A stretch of DNA of 64,000 nt from Alkalispirochaeta sp. (GTDB lineage: Bacteria > Spirochaetota > Spirochaetia > DSM-27196 > Alkalispirochaetaceae), in assembly GCA_965601925.1 (NCBI GenBank), contig OZ271854.1:1056001-1120000 (forward strand), written 5' to 3'. The notes under the pieces were generated by a model, which saw nothing but the letters and a program-made list of their open reading frames with translations, was not told the DNA's origin and searched no databases. The position numbers and the translations under genes are program-made. Positions within the stretch are counted from its first letter, which is position 1, and the number at the start of each line of letters is the position of its first letter. Of the stretch, positions 60,438-64,000 are shown one piece after another.

Positions 60438-60968
60438 GTGCACTTGATCGAACGCGACACCGGAGTATCGGTACGGACCGATGCGGATCGCCAACTATTC
60501 TTCGTTTCCACCGACCGGCGCTATCGCACTCACATACACCCGCTGAACGTTCCCGGTTGCGATCGACCGTTGACGCGCTTCCGCCCCGTCGACCACCCGT
60601 GGCAGTACGGCGTGTTCACCGGCCTCAACGGTGTAAACGGCATAGACTTCTGGTGTTCCGGCGACGCCTACTACGAGAGAAGTGTACGCGGCACGATGCG
60701 CAACCGCGAGTTGAAAGTCCTTGAGGCCGGACCGGCACGAGTCACGGTCACCGACGTATATGAGACGGAACCGCTCCCCGACGACGACCCGATCCTGGGA
60801 CGCGAAAATGTCATACATCTGCCGCACATCGCCGGCAGAACGCGCGACGCCAATCTGCGTCTCGCCGACATCTTAGCCGACGACATACTCCGCGTCCTAA
60901 ACGGCGTCGCTCCGACCTCGGTTCTGACGGCGGAGGCGATTGCGGTGCGCACCGGAAAAAGGCCGTAG
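60438..60968 (+). pseudogene. Chimeric ORF: DUF6807/PmoA-like N-terminus fused to a D-2-hydroxyacid dehydrogenase C-terminus
   Basis: HIHPL...RPVDHPWQYGVF...NGIDFW, then abruptly DVYETEPLP.D.P....NVIHLPHIAG near 60750. Confidence 0.75.
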
Positions 60969-61042
60969 CGCCCGGACGATCGGCAGCCGCGATCGAGCGT
61001 TCCAAACGGACGCCTTTTTCCTACTAAACGAGTAGGTTTTTC

Positions 61043-61114
61043 TTGACAGGCCCACGGCGGCATGGAATACTGAGTTCCGCAAACGATAACGACATCGTTG
61101 GCGAAACGTTATTT
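61043..61114 (+). promoter_or_regulatory. TTGACA promoter followed by LacI-type operator array
   Basis: TTCCGCAAACGATAACGACATCGTTGGCGAAACGTT at 61075-61110. Confidence 0.7.
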
Positions 61115-61162
61115 GCGCCGTTATCTTTGACCAATGTGAGAAGGTGGAGCTAAGGAGGACGT

Positions 61163-62506
61163 ATGAAGTCGATATTTCATCACAAGACGATCCGAACACT
61201 CGGCGCGGTCTGCGCGATCATCGTGGTAGCTGCCGGTTGTGCCCGACCGGAAGGGGAGGAACAAGTCACGCTCGAAGTGCTCATCCAACCCAATGACTTC
61301 TCCGAAGCGCACGCCGCCGCGTTCATGGAGGAGAATCCTGACATCGAGCTGATTGTCCAAGGTTTCGACTGGGAAAACTTGGCGACGCGGCTCACATCGG
61401 GACAGGCTCCGGATCTCTCAGGATTCTTCAGTAGCCGCGTACCGCAATACGTCAACAACGGATGGCTGGAACCGCTCGACGAGTGGATCGACTCGAGTGA
61501 GGTAATCAACTGGGACGATCTCCAGATCGTTTCCGACGCGTGGCGCTACGATCCACAGACGCGGGAGCACCTGACGGGTCCCAAGTACGGTATGACCAAA
61601 GACTGGAACATTACCAGCGCTTACTTCTACCGTCGCGACCTCTTCGAGGAGGCCGGGTTACCGCTGCCGGAGCCGACCGAGACGATCACCTACCAAGAGT
61701 TCTACGACAACTACGTCAGTCAAATCGGTGTGCGCGAGGACGGCGTGACGACGCGATGGGCGCTCGACGGCGCGCTCGTACGGACTGCGGAGGTCTCCAT
61801 TCGCAACATGTTGGCGACCGCCGGCACCGACATCTATAACGAGGATCTCAGCGAGATCAACCTCGTCGACAACCCCGAAGCGATGGAGGCGTTGCGATTT
61901 ATCGCCGACCTGCCCAAGGACCGCTACTTCCCCAGCGTGATCGATCCGGCGCCCAACTGGGGTGCACCCCTGCTTGCAAACTTGGAAGAGTCGCCGCTCG
62001 GCATCTACCAGTACGGGTACTGGGCCGTCGCCTCGATCGTCGCGATCAACCCGGAGGCGGCCGACCAGATCGGCTACGCGATCGGCCCTGCGTGGAGCAC
62101 CGACGTGGACGTTCAACAGTTACCGCTGATCGTCGGCTTCACCATGTTCGCCGACAGCCCGGACGAGGAAAAAGAGGCGGCGTGGCGGCTCATGGAAGAG
62201 TTGGTAGCCGGGTCGGTGGGTATCGAGCGCGCCCGAAGCGGTTGGGGCATCCCGGCGCTGCGGTCGATGTTCGACCTTCTACCGGAGGAGAACTCCCTGG
62301 CACGGCAAGTAAAAGAGGTTACGGCGTGGCAGATCGAAAACCAGAATCTGGTCAATGAGCAAGTAAACCCGTATGCGAGCGATCCGTTCTCAATCGCGTT
62401 CGAGCAACACCTGCCCGCCTACCTCCAGGATGATGTAACCTTTGAGGAGTTTGCGCAGATCCTCGAGGACGAGGCCAACGCGCTCATCGCCGATCAGCGT
62501 AATTGA
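61163..62506 (+). CDS. Carbohydrate ABC solute-binding lipoprotein, paralog of 46754-48112
   Basis: AAGGAGG RBS, lipobox AAGC, shared KDWN, FYRRD, PSVIDPAP and EESPL motifs. Confidence 0.9.
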   Translation: MKSIFHHKTIRTLGAVCAIIVVAAGCARPEGEEQVTLEVLIQPNDFSEAHAAAFMEENPDIELIVQGFDWENLATRLTSGQAPDLSGFFSSRVPQYVNNGWLEPLDEWIDSSEVINWDDLQIVSDAWRYDPQTREHLTGPKYGMTKDWNITSAYFYRRDLFEEAGLPLPEPTETITYQEFYDNYVSQIGVREDGVTTRWALDGALVRTAEVSIRNMLATAGTDIYNEDLSEINLVDNPEAMEALRFIADLPKDRYFPSVIDPAPNWGAPLLANLEESPLGIYQYGYWAVASIVAINPEAADQIGYAIGPAWSTDVDVQQLPLIVGFTMFADSPDEEKEAAWRLMEELVAGSVGIERARSGWGIPALRSMFDLLPEENSLARQVKEVTAWQIENQNLVNEQVNPYASDPFSIAFEQHLPAYLQDDVTFEEFAQILEDEANALIADQRN

Positions 62507-62545
62507 CGTTGGTCCGTTCACGTCGATAGACCTATGGGAGGTGCG

Positions 62546-63508
62546 ATGCGCCGCTTGGGCAATCGAAAACAATCAGGCTTGATGGAGCGCGCCGAGCGGC
62601 GCGCTTTCTACGCGTTCATCGCACCGTGGCTCTTCGGCACGGTGGGGCTCCTGGCGTTTCCCCTCATATGGGGACTCGTCATCAGTCTCTTCGACTATAC
62701 CGGCCTCAACATCAACGCCCTCAATTTCGTCGGGTTGGAAAACTATCGACGCGCCTTCTCCGATCCGCAGTTTTTCCACGGCCTTCGACGTACCCTCTAT
62801 CTCGCCTTTGTCGCGGTACCGCTGAGAATCGTCATCGGGTTCGTCATCGCCGGTGCGATGATAAAGGTCAACCGCGGCGTCGGCGTGTTTCGGACGATCT
62901 TCTACCTGCCGGTGCTGATACCGGCGGTCGCCGCGGTGCACATCTGGGCGGCGATCTTCAACCCCAACGCGGGGCTGATTAACAGCTTCGTGCGCATCTT
63001 CGGCCTCCCGGGGCGTACCAATTGGATGTTGGAATACCCGTCGGAGCTGTTGGTGCTGCTCTTTGTATGGGGTTTGGGCGAGACCGTGGTGATCTTTTTC
63101 GCCGCGCTCCAGGGCATTCCCGACGAGCTTACCGAGGCGGCGGCGATCGACGGCGCCGGTTCGCGGGCGATCCTCGCGCGTCTTATCCTACCGCTGGTGA
63201 CACCGATCATATTCTTTCAGTTCCTCCTGAACCTCGTTCGCGGTTTCCAGTTACTCGCACCGGCGCTCTTGCTGGTGCCGCGCACCGCCGGCGGGCTTGC
63301 CGACTCGGGAGTCCCGGTCTCGCAGGTACCGGTACCCAACCGGCTCGTACTTATTCACATCTACGACCACGCCTTTCAGCGCAACAACTTCAGTTACGCC
63401 TTGGCGATGTCGTGGGTGTTCTTCGTGCTGATCGTCGCGCTTGTGTTGCTCAACTGGCGACTGTCGAAGTACTGGGTCTATTACGAGGTCGACGCGGACG
63501 ATGCGTAA
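62546..63508 (+). CDS. Carbohydrate ABC permease (MalF-like)
   Basis: RAFYAFIAPWLFG, EAAAIDGA. Confidence 0.92.
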   Translation: MRRLGNRKQSGLMERAERRAFYAFIAPWLFGTVGLLAFPLIWGLVISLFDYTGLNINALNFVGLENYRRAFSDPQFFHGLRRTLYLAFVAVPLRIVIGFVIAGAMIKVNRGVGVFRTIFYLPVLIPAVAAVHIWAAIFNPNAGLINSFVRIFGLPGRTNWMLEYPSELLVLLFVWGLGETVVIFFAALQGIPDELTEAAAIDGAGSRAILARLILPLVTPIIFFQFLLNLVRGFQLLAPALLLVPRTAGGLADSGVPVSQVPVPNRLVLIHIYDHAFQRNNFSYALAMSWVFFVLIVALVLLNWRLSKYWVYYEVDADDA

Positions 63509-63520
63509 GGGGGTCGTGTG

Positions 63521-64000
63521 ATGAAACGTTCCTTGTATGCCGGCGAACGGATAGAGCACGCCGCGATCTATCTCTTTCTCGTCCTCTTGGCGGCTCTGTT
63601 CCTCGTACCCTTCTTTTGGATGATCACCGGTGCCCTAAAGACGGAGATCGAGTTCGGTAGCATGACGGTGCGGCTCCTTCCGGCCGAGCCGCAGTGGGAT
63701 AACTTCGTCGAGGTGTTTCGGCGCTCCAACGTGCCTCGCGGCTTTCTCAACTCGTTTAAGATGGCGTTTATCTATACGGTGCCGGTGCTCATCTCGAGCA
63801 GCATGGGCGGCTATGCATTCGCACGCATGAGGGTGAAGGAGAAAAACACGCTCTTCGGTGTGCTGTTGGCGACGATGATGCTGCCGCGAATCGCGACGTT
63901 GATTCCTTCCTACATGCTCTTTTCAACGCTGAACCTGACCGACACGTTTTGGCCGTGGTTTCTGTGGGGCGTCGGAACCGCGGCGGTGCTCGTGTTTCTC
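63521..64000 (+). CDS. Carbohydrate ABC permease (MalG-like), runs off window
   Basis: Not in the ORF track. Reads MKRSLYAGERIEHAAIYLFLVLLAALFLVPFFWMITGALK...GGYAFARM...MMLP. Confidence 0.9.
   Translation, partial: MKRSLYAGERIEHAAIYLFLVLLAALFLVPFFWMITGALKTEIEFGSMTVRLLPAEPQWDNFVEVFRRSNVPRGFLNSFKMAFIYTVPVLISSSMGGYAFARMRVKEKNTLFGVLLATMMLPRIATLIPSYMLFSTLNLTDTFWPWFLWGVGTAAVLVFL

Noticed and set aside
60438..60750. Methane monooxygenase (PmoA label)
   Set aside because: This soluble DUF6807-like family is only nominally called PmoA and occurs in sugar loci; there are no TM helices and no pmoB/C.
1..64000. CRISPR arrays, tRNA/rRNA, IS elements, prophage
   Set aside because: No regularly spaced repeats, RNA gene signatures, transposase, integrase or phage genes were recognised by eye.

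Overview
This is a GC-rich bacterial chromosomal segment. The solute-binding-protein leader 'FAGGTAE' suggests a Spirochaetales-like organism (inference). No rRNA, tRNA, CRISPR array, integrase or transposase was seen. 1-40 kb is a patchwork of small detoxification, stress and regulatory modules: four RibD-C/DHFR-like paralogs, VOC, SnoaL, GNAT, two HEAT-repeat DNA alkylation repair proteins, LemA-TPM-TPM, an LnrJKLMN-like ABC exporter with two-component system, an ECF sigma, and a hybrid kinase/adenylate cyclase/receiver operon. It also holds several deletion remnants and two homopolymer frameshifts. 45.5-64 kb is a LacI-controlled carbohydrate-catabolism region with two paralogous CUT1 ABC transporters, GH43, a sulfatase and an ADP-ribosylglycohydrolase. 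The standout is 40460-42918: two translationally coupled genes that look like a reciprocal swap between an acyl-CoA ligase and a lipoate-protein-ligase (LplA)-like protein (LplA-N+ligase-C followed by ligase-N+LplA-C), divergent from a two-subunit CoA transferase. At least nine genes also show a TANNNT box 6-7 nt before the start codon, a leaderless-mRNA signature. All family calls come from motif recognition by eye, not database searches.
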